From positions 1 through 64,000 of the forward strand of contig QPMI01000078.1 in the NCBI GenBank assembly GCA_004431415.1: a DNA stretch of 64,000 bases, written 5' to 3'. Each line of letters begins with the position of its first letter. Within the stretch, counting starts at the first letter, position 1. Below, piece after piece: positions 1-9,855 of this stretch. Both the position numbers and the translations under genes were made by a program. The notes under the pieces were generated by a model. It was given only the letters and a program-made list of their open reading frames with translations, searched no databases and had not been told where the DNA came from. This stretch comes from Cyanophora paradoxa CCMP329. Taxonomy: Eukaryota; Plantae; Glaucophyta.

Positions 1-690
1 CGAAATTCAGCGCTTCGACAAGTACCAGAAGGTTTTCTTCCCGATGAAACTACGATGATCTCGTCATGAAGTGGGCGCGCGAGCGCGGCTGGATCAAGAC
101 GATGGAAGAGATCGAGAAGGAGAACCTGCTCGGCCGGCCGGCCGCTACGGGCAGACGACGAGAACCCCCAGGGGCTGCGCGCGGGCTACACCCCGACCTC
201 TCGCCCATGTCAACGCGCAGACGGCCAACATCAGCAGCGCCGTCAACAAGCCCTACGGCGCAACGACGTGGACTTCAGCCGGGCAACCGTTCGGGGCGAT
301 GCTCATGGATCAGGTCGGCACGCGCGGGCCCGCGCTGGCGACGGCGACGCCGTACGCGGACCAAACCTGCTGCCGGCCGTCGTGAATCCGGCCGTAGGAA
401 GCCGACCCTATGCGGATACCGCAACGTTAGGCTCGATTGCGGGCGCGGGCCTGGGAACCGTCGCCGGAATGGCAGGCACCGGTGAGCGCAGCCAGACCAC
501 GATTCAAACCGCCTTCCAGCTCTCGGAAGGGCACCGAGACCGCGCAGGCCACCCTCCTCCGCGAGACCAGCGCGCGCAAGCGGCAATGTACGAGCAAGCG
601 GCAAACGCCCTCCTCGCGGCGGCGGCAGCGGCGCGGCAGCGGCAGCGGCGCGCAGCGGCAGCGGCAGCGGCAGCGCAGCGGCGACGCTAA
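1..690 (+). CDS. Viral hypothetical protein, 5'-partial, frameshifted
   Basis: Overlapping ORFs 66-485, 71-385 and 268-690 join into one plausible protein (MKWARERGWIKTMEEIEKENLL...YEQAANALLAAAAAA). The stop at 688-690 overlaps the next gene's upstream motif. Confidence 0.55.
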
Positions 691-709
691 TTTCTGAAGC
701 ACGCGTAGC

Positions 710-1033
710 ATGCTGCGACGGAGGCGACGCTGGCGAGCAAATCGAGGCGCGCTGGGGCCGCTTCCTCGACCTGCTGGAGCCGGAGGCCAAGGAGCCGGGG
801 TGCGGCGCAGATCCAGTCGCTGCGCGGCATCGGGGCCACGGCGGTCATCGTTCTGTTCAGGAGGCACATCAACGCGGAGGCGGAATTGATCAAGGCGAAG
901 GACGACTCGGTTTTCGAGAGGCTGCCGCAGGAGTACGCCTCGGCCGTGCGCTCGCTCTTCTACGGCAGCGGCCCGAGCTGCGCGAGAAGCTCTGGCTTAC
1001 ATCGAGCTCTTCGTCGAGCTGACCTCGGAGTGA
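710..1033 (+). CDS. Viral hypothetical protein (~107 aa, frameshifted), resembling a small conserved NCLDV helical protein
   Basis: Reconstructed as ...ARWGRFLDLLEPE...LFRRHINAEAELIKAKDDSVFERLPQEYASAVRSLFY...LREKLW.YIELFVELTSE*. AATTTCT motif at 689-695. Confidence 0.5.
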
Positions 1034-1061
1034 AAAATATTTCTAAGGGCAGGCGTAAAGG

Positions 1062-1857
1062 ATGGACCCTCGGCGATGCTTGGCTTCGAGGCGCTGGCCG
1101 TGGACGGGCCGAACCCCGTGGGAATCCCGCAGCCCGGAAGAAGGGCCGCCCGCGAAGGAGGCAAGGAAAAGGGGAGAAGGCGCCGAAGGCCGACAGGATG
1201 GCGCTGCCGGGCGACGGGCCCGCGGTGCCGCCGACGGCGCCGAGCAAGGGCGCGGGCTTCAGCGTGCAGGAGCACATCGAAATGACGAAGAAGAAGGAGC
1301 AGAGCGTGAAAAAGGCGCTGGGAATCGACCTGCAGGAGCGGCCGCGGGACGAGGCGCAGGTGGACGTGGACGAGAAGAAGCAGGTCCTGCGACAGATCGC
1401 GCAGTACCGGCGCTCGTTCGGGGCGAGCTTACGTCCACGAAGAAGCTGAGCCTGGCCACGCCGCTGGACGAGCTGAAGGAAGAGTACGAGGAGATTCAGC
1501 GCGAGCTGAGCACGCGGGGTTCGCTGGAGGCGGCGCGCCTCTTTCTGATCGCGGGCATGCACTCGCTGGAGCACCTGAACAAGGCGTACGATCCGATCGG
1601 CCTGAAGCTCGACGGGCTCGGGCAGGCGACGCTCTCTTCGATGGACCAGGTGCAGCCGATCTTAGAGGAGCTGGTGATCAAGTACTCGCGCTACGTGACC
1701 CTGGGGCCGAGGCGCGCCTGGGATGGCCCTGGTGCAGACGGTGCTGGCGGTGCACGCGGCGAACGCGAACCCGGAGGTAATGAAGGAGGTGACGGAGGCG
1801 GCGGCCTCGACGGCGGCGGAGCCCAGGGCGGTGGGCGGCAAGTTCAACGGCCTTTGA
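1062..1857 (+). CDS. DUF5767-like conserved Nucleocytoviricota protein (frameshifted)
   Basis: SLEHLNKAYDPIGLKLDGLGQATLSSMDQVQPILEELVIKYSRYVTLGPEARLGMALV matches the family pattern LE.LN..YDP....LDG....D..FEEL..KY....PE..L. Recognised from memory, not searched. Confidence 0.7.
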
Positions 1858-1910
1858 GTGTAAACGCGTGTAATCAATTGCACCAAAAATTCACAATTTA
1901 TTCGTCCGAG

Positions 1911-2690
1911 CTACTGCATGGGGGCTGCGTACATAGACTCGGGGTTTAGGTAGGGCTCGAAATCGGCCTCGTTGTCGTAGGGCTTGAAGGCCAGCTCGGG
2001 GCGCGCCCGGCGAAGCGAAAGGCGCCGACCTTGCACTGCTGCACGGCGAGGAAGGACCACTTGAGGCCGAACTTGCCCTCGGGATGGCGTAGGCGGTGTC
2101 GATTTTAATGAGCGCCGCCACCAGGTCTCCGGTGCCGATGGTGGCGCGCTCGGTGATGAGGTAGTTGGACATGTCGACGACGGGCACGGTCTTGCGCTTG
2201 CCCGCCATCGTCTGGGTGCGGATGCGCATGTTGAGGTACTTGTAGAAGGCCTGGCCCGACTCCTTGTCGACCTTGATGCGCACGCTGGGGGTCTGCAGCA
2301 CCGAGATCTGATCCTTGGAGAGGGAGCGGCCGGGCGAGACCTTGAGCTTGGCCTGGTTCTGCTGCACGAACTCGCAGAATTTCGCGTCCAGGGCCTCCAG
2401 CAGCTTGAGGAACTCGTCCGCGGCTGGGTTCGTCTGGCCGTCGACGGCGCTGAGATCGGTGAGGTCCAGCGTGTAAAATCCGCCGTTTTCTTCCATGACG
2501 AAGGCCTTCTTCTCGTCGCTCCACGCCTTGCCTTGCTCTGTGTTGATGCACGGGTTGATCGTGACCATGGGCGGCGCGTACATCATGAGGCCCTGCAGGC
2601 CGTCGTACTTGGCCTTGATGCGGCCGGTGGCGTCGATCTCGAAGGCGAGCTTGGCGGGTCGATCTCGTTGGCGTTGCGGACGGTGGCCAT
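1911..2690 (-). CDS. Viral single-stranded DNA-binding protein (NCLDV / T7 gp2.5-like OB fold), frameshifted near both ends
   Basis: Contains YTLDL, EFLKLLEALDAKFCEFVQQN, IGTGDLVAALIKIDTAY and GKFGLKWSFLAVQ, plus an acidic-aromatic tail (YDNEADFEPY). AATAAA lies downstream at 1897-1902 on the minus strand. Confidence 0.75.
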
Positions 2691-2805
2691 GTTTGCGTTA
2701 GCTTAGAGTGTGCTTCAGCCTAGCGCTAGAAAATATTTAAGGGCGCCCCACCCGACTTCAGCTGACCTCGGGTGAGCGCTCAGGTGATTCAGGTAAAACA
2801 CGTGT

Positions 2806-3075
2806 TCAATTCACCATCAGATCCTCTACGACGGCTACACGAATCGAGCTAATCTTGAACCTGCCTACAATGCACTTCTCTCTCCACAGTACGATCTCGT
2901 TCTTGAGGGGGAGCAGTTGAATCCAATCATACTCATCGCCCTTGCGGTGCTCCGACGAAATGTCGCGAAGGAGCTTGCAGAAGTAGAACGTGTTTCGGTC
3001 GAACTCATCGTCGTATATGACGTATGCGAAGATGCCGAAGGTGAGACAGCAGGTGAAGTACGTGGGGATGCACAT
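2806..3075 (-). CDS. Viral hypothetical protein, 89 aa
   Basis: Intact ORF of non-repetitive composition with ATTTCT-like and CAGGTGA motif clusters nearby. Confidence 0.5.
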   Translation of the reverse strand: MCIPTYFTCCLTFGIFAYVIYDDEFDRNTFYFCKLLRDISSEHRKGDEYDWIQLLPLKNEIVLWREKCIVGRFKISSIRVAVVEDLMVN

Positions 3076-3337
3076 TCTTGATTTCTCTTGGCTTTGAAGT
3101 GTGAGGAGAGGGCGCGGCGGGGCTGCGGTTTTGAGGCCGTTCAGGTGAGGGTCAGGTGAGCGCTCAGCTGAGTTTCAGGTGAGGGCAACTTGAAAATTCG
3201 GCGTCATTTACGTCCGCGTCATTTACGTCAGCGTCATTTACGTCACGGAGTTGGGACTCGGCCCTGGCCCCCGGCCCAGGCCTCGCCCGTAAAAAAGGAC
3301 TTGGACTTGGCGCCATTTTCTAAAGCTCTGCTGTACC

Positions 3338-3986
3338 ATGGAGCCCGCTATCTCCCAGCTAGTCTCTCAGGGCGCCAAGCTCGACAAGGCCCTGAACATC
3401 TACCTTCAGCTGATCGAGCTGGCCTGGCCCGAGCCAATGATAGCTCAGGCCTGCAAATCGCTCCACGTGGCGTTCGATGCGCCGTTCTCAGGTGACCCGG
3501 ATCAGGTGACATCCTGGACCAAGGAGGAGATAAAGGCCGACTTCGAGGCGCTTTTCTCATTTATGAGCAAGAAGTATGCCGAAATCGAAGCAGCTAAGGC
3601 CTCAGCAGCCGAAGGCGGTGAAGCCCCAGCCGAAGGCCCTGCCGGCGACCAAGGCACCGAAGTTCAAGGCGCTGGGCCCCTTGCAGAGGGCGAAGGCCAA
3701 GGCGGACCTGCGACCGCGTAGGCCCAAGGACATAGCCAAGGAGGCAAGCGGCCACAGGCCGGACTGGCCGGCGCCGGCGCCCTACCGCTACCTCAAGCTG
3801 GACAAGAGCAACGATACCGGCTTCACCAGGAGGAGGTGGCCTGAGCCCCTCAGGTGGCTGGAGCCAAGGGAGATCAAGTCCGGAGGCGGTATCGAGCTAG
3901 CGCTAGCGCTGGGCGGCGGCGGCGGTGCAGACTTGGAGGAGCAGGCCCTGCTAGATACCATCAACTTGGGCAAGGTAGAGCTGTGA
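3338..3986 (+). CDS. Viral hypothetical protein(s): ORFs 3338-3721 and 3576-3986, either overlapping genes or one frameshifted gene
   Basis: ATTTTCTAA at 3315-3323 upstream of ATG 3338. A second TTTTCT at 3552-3557 precedes a basic Lys/Pro-rich ORF. Confidence 0.5.
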
Positions 3987-4650
3987 TATCTAGCTAGCTA
4001 GCGCTTGCTTAATTAACTCAACTGAAGTTACCTGACATTTACCTGAAGGGTTGCGGAGGTTACCGAAGGGTCGCGTCATTTACGTCAGCGTCATTTACGT
4101 CACGGAGTTTGCCGGCGACTCGGGACTCGGGCCCAACTTCTCCCGGTAAGTTCGAGACTTGGAAAAATAGGGTATCCCTATTACTTATCGTTATTATTAT
4201 TACTATTATCGTTATTCACATTGAATGAATGCTTAAATCTATAAAAGCTGTACCAGTATCGGTGGCTACTAGTACTAAGCTAGTAGTACTAAGTAGTACC
4301 AAGTAGTACTAAGTAGTACTACGTAGTACTAGCGGTACTAGTAGCTACTGGTCGTGACGAACTTACCGGGAGAAGTTGGGCCCGAGTCCCGAGTCGCCGG
4401 CAAACTCCGTGACGTAAATGACGCTGACGTAAATGACGCGACCCTTCAGGTTAATTAATTAAGCAAGCGCTAGCGCTAGCTAGCTAGATATCGATACCAC
4501 CTAGCTAGTAGCACTAGGACACTAGGACACTAGGACACCGGGGGTACCCCCGCCGAGTTCAAGTCTCGAACTTACCGGGAGAAGTTGGGCCCGAGTCCCG
4601 AGTCGCCGGCAAACTCCGTGACGTAAATGACGCGGACGTAAATGACGCAA
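3985..4650. repeat. Inverted-repeat control region with TGACGTAAATGACG arrays around an AT-rich core
   Basis: A 90-bp arm at 4065-4154 is the reverse complement of 4358-4447. A third copy lies at 4560-4649, outer arms at 3985-4016 and 4451-4492, and a partial copy at 3202-3253. Confidence 0.9.
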
Positions 4651-4716
4651 ATCCCATTGGAGCTACGTTCGCACACTCCGGACGCCTCCCACAATTTTCC
4701 AAGGTACCCAGCAAGC

Positions 4717-5004
4717 ATGGACTTCACCGATTGCGCAGGTATCAAGCAGGAGCCTGAGGACCTTCTCACCGCCGCCGCCTCGGCGCCCAAGCAGCGCCGC
4801 CGCCGCGGGCCCAAGTCCCTCTGCTCCGAGCCCGAGATCCTGGCGGCTCCGGCGCGCGGGCCGGAGACCGTGGACCTGACCCTGGAGGAGCCGGCGCGCG
4901 GCCCGCCGCGCCTTCTGATCCTTGCGGCGGCGGCGGCCGCGCTCTACTACGCCGCCCGGCGCCTGGGCCCGCAGCTCTCGGGCCTGGTCCGGAACCTTTT
5001 CTAA
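4717..5004 (+). CDS. Small viral protein with C-terminal transmembrane helix
   Basis: MDFTDCAG...LLILAAAAAALYYAARRL. AATTTTCC at 4693-4700. Confidence 0.6.
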   Translation: MDFTDCAGIKQEPEDLLTAAASAPKQRRRRGPKSLCSEPEILAAPARGPETVDLTLEEPARGPPRLLILAAAAAALYYAARRLGPQLSGLVRNLF

Positions 5005-5015
5005 GTCCCTCCTCA

Positions 5016-5356
5016 ATGGAGGCCCTGCTAGATCTCATGGCCTTTGCGCTGCCCATCTTCTTCCTGGTGGCCTCAGCCGCATGGAGCGCGAGGCGCGCCA
5101 GCCCGAGCGCGTCGAGCGCGGCCTCACCCCCGCAGAGCAGCGCAACCTCACCGAGTGGGACCTGGCGCTCATGGCCGGCCGCATGCTCGACGGCAACCGG
5201 CTCGAGCCGGGCCACCGCCTCAAGCTAGAGGACGGCGGCACGGCCCTCTGGGACGGCGAGGCCTGGAAGCACGATTCGACGGGCGAGCCGATGAAGCTGC
5301 TCGCCTCCGGCAACAAGTACTGGCGCGGCGACTCGATGGAGTTCCGGCGCCCGTGA
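5016..5356 (+). CDS. Small viral protein with N-terminal hydrophobic segment (frameshifted)
   Basis: MEALLDLMAFALPIFFLVASAAW joins EREARQPERV...WDGEAWKHD...EFRRP*. TTTTCT at 4997-5002. Confidence 0.55.
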
Positions 5357-5403
5357 TTGCTAGTGATTTTCTGGTCCCTCTTCTAACCTTCTACCAGCAA
5401 AGA

Positions 5404-5688
5404 ATGCCCGACCCTCGCCCGACCCCGCCGCAGGTGCCGAGAGCGCGGGCAGCTCGGACGAGTACTCCGAGCTCACGGATCCCGACCCCGACGAGCCCGG
5501 CGACGCCTTCGCGACGGAGAACGAGCGCTCCCTCATGCGCGTCTACGAGGCGCTGCGCGAGGCGATCTACTGGGAGGATCCCCGCCTGGGAACCCTGATG
5601 AACTTTGCAAAGTTCGCCGAGTTCATGTTCGCTATGACCGTGCCCTTCACCCGAGTCGTGCTCTGGGATAGGAACAGGAACTGGTAAA
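5404..5688 (+). CDS. Small viral hypothetical protein (frameshifted)
   Basis: Reconstructed as ...DAFATENERSLMRVYEALREAIYWEDPRLGTLMNFAKFAEFMFAMTVPFTRVVLWDRNRNW*. ATTTTCT at 5366-5372. Confidence 0.55.
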
Positions 5689-5714
5689 GGCATTGAATAC
5701 AACAGTACAGAGCC

Positions 5715-6087
5715 CTACGAGCTAGAGCTGCTATCGCCCGAGTCCAGGCGCGCCTTCTTGGCCTTGGAGCGGCGGAGGCGGGAGACGTACTGCAGGCGCA
5801 GGTTGCGCACTAGGAGCTCGCCGGCCGTGGTGCCCGGCAGCCCGGGAACCGAGTCCGTGGGCAGCAGCTGTCCCTCGCGTATCGCCTTGTACGTCTTGCG
5901 CTTGTTGAATGCAACCTTCTCCGTATCCTCCGCGACCGGGACTTCCAGCGCCAGCGTGCGCTTGGCCTTCTTGACGGAGACTGCGTTCGCACGCTCCAGC
6001 TTCACTCCGGGCTCCAGGGGGTAGGGCGACTGCGTTCGCCACCGGGTTCTCAGCGAAGGAAACACGGGGGGAAGAGCCGCCGCGCAT
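5715..6087 (-). CDS. Small basic viral protein (frameshifted near start)
   Basis: K/R-rich ORF 5715-6065. ATTTTCT on the minus strand at 6113-6119 upstream of ATG 6087. Confidence 0.55.
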
Positions 6088-6099
6088 GGTTCGCTCGCT

Positions 6100-6501
6100 T
6101 TACCTAGCCTTTAGAAAATAGTCGAGCTGGGCGCTCTGCAGGCGCGCGCCCTGGTAGGCGCCGCGCAGCTGCCACGCGAGCCAGATCGCAAGGAGCACCG
6201 CGGCGACGCCGGCGGCGATCTTGGCGTAGTGCCAGCCCTTCATCGCAAGCTCCGGCACGGCCGCAACCGCCTGCCCGACCTTCACGCCCGCGGCGCCCGT
6301 CCGATCGATTCCCGTCAGCGTGCTGCCGAGTGCGCCCGCGGCCACGTCGGCCCAGGGAAGCTTGCCGTCGTTCTTTAGGATGAGCTCGTTGTTCTTGCGC
6401 TCGATCGTCGTGCTGATCGCCGCGGCCAGGTTGAAGCTCGGCGGCGGCTGCGCGCTCTTCGGTCCGAAGACCTTGGTCAGCACGGCGTCCACCCAGCCCA
6501 T
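6100..6501 (-). CDS. Viral membrane protein, 133 aa
   Basis: MGWVDAVLTKVFG...KIAAGVAAVLLAIWLAWQLRG, with a clear TM helix. Confidence 0.65.
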   Translation of the reverse strand: MGWVDAVLTKVFGPKSAQPPPSFNLAAAISTTIERKNNELILKNDGKLPWADVAAGALGSTLTGIDRTGAAGVKVGQAVAAVPELAMKGWHYAKIAAGVAAVLLAIWLAWQLRGAYQGARLQSAQLDYFLKAR

Positions 6502-6527
6502 CTTTGACCTAGACTTCGAAAAACTAT

Positions 6528-7003
6528 CTAAATGACCAGGCCGCGCAGGTACCAGACCATCAGGAGCGAGCCGCCCAGCGCCACCAGCAGCGGCAGGTGC
6601 CCGTCCACGGCGCGCCGCATGCGGTTGTCGCACAGCTCCTGGCAGCTCAGCCGGTTGGCCTCGTCGAAGTAGGCGCTCACGGCGTAGGGGCGGCCGGCCG
6701 GCGGGTGCAGCCCCCGGCCCAGGCACGGGTAGGCCTCCGCCTGCCGCCGCGCGGCCAGCGCCGCCGTCGCCGCGTGCGCCGCCTCCCTCTGCCCGGCGCG
6801 ATCGCCACGAGGGGCAGCGCCCCACGCTCCTGCCCTTGCCCGCCCCTTGATCGTTTTCAGCGACGGCGGCGCGGGATCCGCCGCCTTCACCCTGGGCCCT
6901 CCGCCGCCGCCCCGCCCTTAGCCCTCGCCGCCTCGCCGATCTTGCTGCATCGCGAATCCGATTTGAACACGGTGCACAGCAGCTTCTCTACCGCGCTCGA
7001 CAT
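6528..7003 (-). CDS. Viral protein with Cys residues and C-terminal TM (frameshifted)
   Basis: MSSAVEKLLCTVFKSDSRC...SCQELCDNR...LPLLVALGGSLLMVWYLRGLVI*. Upstream motif at 7027-7033. Confidence 0.55.
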
Positions 7004-7034
7004 CTTCGAACGTGTAACGAGAATGAAGAAAATT

Positions 7035-7286
7035 TAAAAGGGAACGCCAACGGACTCGGAACTCGGAAAAGGGGGAGGGGAGAATGAACTTTGAAAAGTT
7101 AGCGCCCGGCGGGGCGCATGCCGGCCGCCGCCTGCGAGGCGCCGCCGGGGCGTAGAGGGACTTGGCGGCGTAGCCGAAGCCCACGCCTATGACCGCCGAG
7201 GCCGTGGGGGTGCCGCCGAGGAGCCAGGTGAGGGTCGCGGCCAGCGCTCCTAGCGAGTAGTGGGCAGGATAAGCTTCGAAGGCCAT
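7035..7286 (-). CDS. Small viral membrane protein (3' end uncertain)
   Basis: MAFEAYPAHYSLGALAATLTWLLGGTPTASAVIGVGFGYAAKSLY. Upstream motif at 7313-7321. Confidence 0.5.
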
Positions 7287-7335
7287 CGCGGGACCGAATT
7301 GAGGGAGGGTTGAGAAAAAATACCGCCTCGGGGCC

Positions 7336-9200
7336 TCAGTGGTGCAGGTGCCGGAAGCGCGCGTTGTCCTCGGCCTCCTCGCGCGCCGCCTGCTCCTCCG
7401 CCGCGTCGATCTCCGCCCGCGAGGCCTCCCGCGCCGCGGCCGACGCGTAGTCCTTGAGCACGGGCACGCGCCGGTAGCTGTAGCCGAGGCCCTTCGCCAG
7501 CCCCGCCGACTCCGCCTCGAACGCCCGCCAGCGCTCCGAGGCCTCCGCCCCGGCGATCTGGCCGGCGCGGAAGCCGGAGTCCAGCTCGGCGCGGAAGGCG
7601 ATGGTGGCCTGCAGGCGCTGGGCCCAGAGGGCCTGGCGCCGCTCCTCCGCCTCGCGCGCCTGGCGCGCCGCCAGCGCCCGCCGCTCGGCCTCCTGCTGGG
7701 CCCCGAAGCCCTGGATCGCGGTGAGGACGGCGCCGGGGCCGGGAGGGGGCTGGGGCCGTCGGCGCTCGCGGGGAGGCCGAGCTCCCGTAGCCGCTCGGGC
7801 CCGCGCCGCCGTTCGTCGGGTACCCTGCCCTTGGATCAGGAGGGGGCGGGGGAGGGGGGTACGGGAGGGAAGGCGGGGGGTACGCGGGGCCGGACCTGGC
7901 GCGGCAGCATCTCGTCGATGCGCTGCTGGCCGGGGCGCTGCTGGGGGCCGTGGCGGGGGCTGGGGCGGGAGGAAGGCCGGCGCCGAGTTGCGGGTGCGCT
8001 TGCCCTTGCCCTTGGTGTGGGGCTTGACGAGGAAGGGCCCGACGTCGGGCGCCGGGTCCTTGAACTGGGCGACGGGGATCGCGATCGCCTCCAGCGCCGG
8101 CTGGCTCTCGCCGAGGGAGAGCGGGGCCTTGGGGACGATGCCGCGGATGTAGGTCTGCCAGACGCCGCCGAGCTTGTAGGAGTAGGGGCGGCACCAGGAG
8201 CCGAAGCCGGCGAGGGTCTCGTCCAGCCGGCCGTTCTCGATGTCGGCGCCGACGGCGGCGGAGGTGTCCGGGCCCTCCGTGCGCGCGATGTACTCGACGA
8301 TGCCCGCGACGCTCGTCATCCAGCCCTCCGTCTCCGAGCCGACGAGGAAGGTGGTGGGGTCGACGACGCAGTGGGTGATGATGAAGCGGGTGAGGGGCAG
8401 GAGGCCGTCTCCTGCCAGAAGGCGAGGCGCTTCTCCCGCAGCCACACCGGCTCGAAGGCCTGGATGCAGGAGGCCTGGCGGCCACCTGCGGCGCGGGCGA
8501 CGTTAGCGCGTACGACGTCGGGACGGGCGGGGAAGGTGCGCGGCTTCGAATCCAGCGGCTCCCCGCGAAGCTGCCTGCGGCCCAGTGAGCGTGCTGCGAG
8601 CGGGAGGTGGGAGGGATTGGGCGGGCGGGCCTGCGTCCAGCGCTGAAACGTAGCTCCACTGATGCTATCCGCGATGCGCGTAGCCCGCGACTGGCTGCGG
8701 ACAAGGGAGGGCTTAGCTAGGACAAGAACGGGTGTGGGGCGCGGGGCTGGAGGCGCGGGGAGGCGAGCCGGAGCCGCCGAATCGATGCGCGGGCTTGAGA
8801 ACGAGATCTAGAAGCGTGCGCAAGTCGCCGCGAACGTCGGCTCGAGTTGCGGAAGGCGCGGCGGCCAATCTCGGCACCTGCTCAGAGACCAAATGTCAGC
8901 GGACGCGGGCGAATCGAGCGCGAGGTTGCGGGGCATGTTCTAGGTGCTAAATGCAAGGGATAGAGCGGCAAGAGAGCGAGCTGGCACCTGCGGGATGCGG
9001 CGGAGTGCTCCGGCTCGGGCGCCATCGAGCTTTCGAAGGTCCGCGGCCGGCGCGAGCGACCCTGCGCGTGGCGGCGTGAGTGCGGCGTCGAGAGAGCTTT
9101 CCAGCGCCCAAAATCTGAGGTCCGGAGCTAGCCGTGGTGCGGAGAAAGAGGTTGCGAAGTGAGGCGCACCTCCGAATCGAAAGGAGCGAGGCGGCGGCTC
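7336..9200 (-). CDS. Multi-exon hypothetical protein embedded in the viral gene array; 5' end uncertain
   Basis: Coding core FEPVWLREKRLAFWQET...TRFIITHCVVDPTT...YKLGGVWQTYIRGI and a coiled-coil C-terminus. It is interrupted by short GT/GC-AG segments with CTAAC/CTGAC/CTCAC branch sites (e.g. ~7830-7896, ~8487-8541, ~8576-8630). Confidence 0.6.
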
Positions 9201-9629
9201 TCCGGGCTGAGCGGAATGCAAGCTAGTGCCTCTGGCAAGTGCTGCAAGGAGCGCTGGGCCCGGGCGCTGCGAGATGCGCTGCCCGGGCGCTTTTTTTCGG
9301 GTTGGGGTACTGTGTTTTGAGTCGAAACACGTGGAGCAACCGCGTGAGCCCAAAACTTTCTGAGCTTAGGAGCAAAGGCGGTCGAGCGCTCGGCCGCGCA
9401 AGCTAGCTCCGGCGCGCTCTGCCTTCTCTCTACACGTGTCGCATTCACGTGCGCTCAAAACTTTCTAAGCTTCGGTCAAGCAAGGGCTAGCGCTTCCGAA
9501 GTTCTACGCGCGCGCCTCCCCGTCCGCCGGGCCGACGGTCTGCGCGTCACATCGTCCGCTGCGCCAAGAAGGAGAGATCAAGACGGTGTCAACCGGGTCT
9601 AGTTGAGCGCTTAAGGTCGGACCAAAGCC

Positions 9630-9765
9630 TGTCCCGACCCTCCCAGATCTTTAAATTAATATCTCAGAAGGTCGAGACAGCCGCTGAGCAGTCCGGATCC
9701 AGACGGACCAGAGCCTGTCCCGACCCTCCCAGATCTTTAAATTAATATCTCAGAAGGTCGAGACA
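9630..9765. repeat. Two copies of a 50-bp imperfect palindrome with AT-rich centre
   Basis: TGTCCCGACCCTCCCAGATCTTTAAATTAATATCTCAGAAGGTCGAGACA at 9630-9679 and 9716-9765. Confidence 0.9.
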
Positions 9766-9855
9766 GCAGTCCAGACGTCGACTATAGCTAGCCAACAGAC
9801 GTTGACTAGCCTAGTAGATCTAGAATTTTCCAAGCCTAGCTATAGAGAGACGACC

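Noticed and set aside
7900-8480. D5-like primase-helicase C-terminus
   Set aside because: Only a vague resemblance; no Walker A/B or primase motifs were found in the upstream exons.
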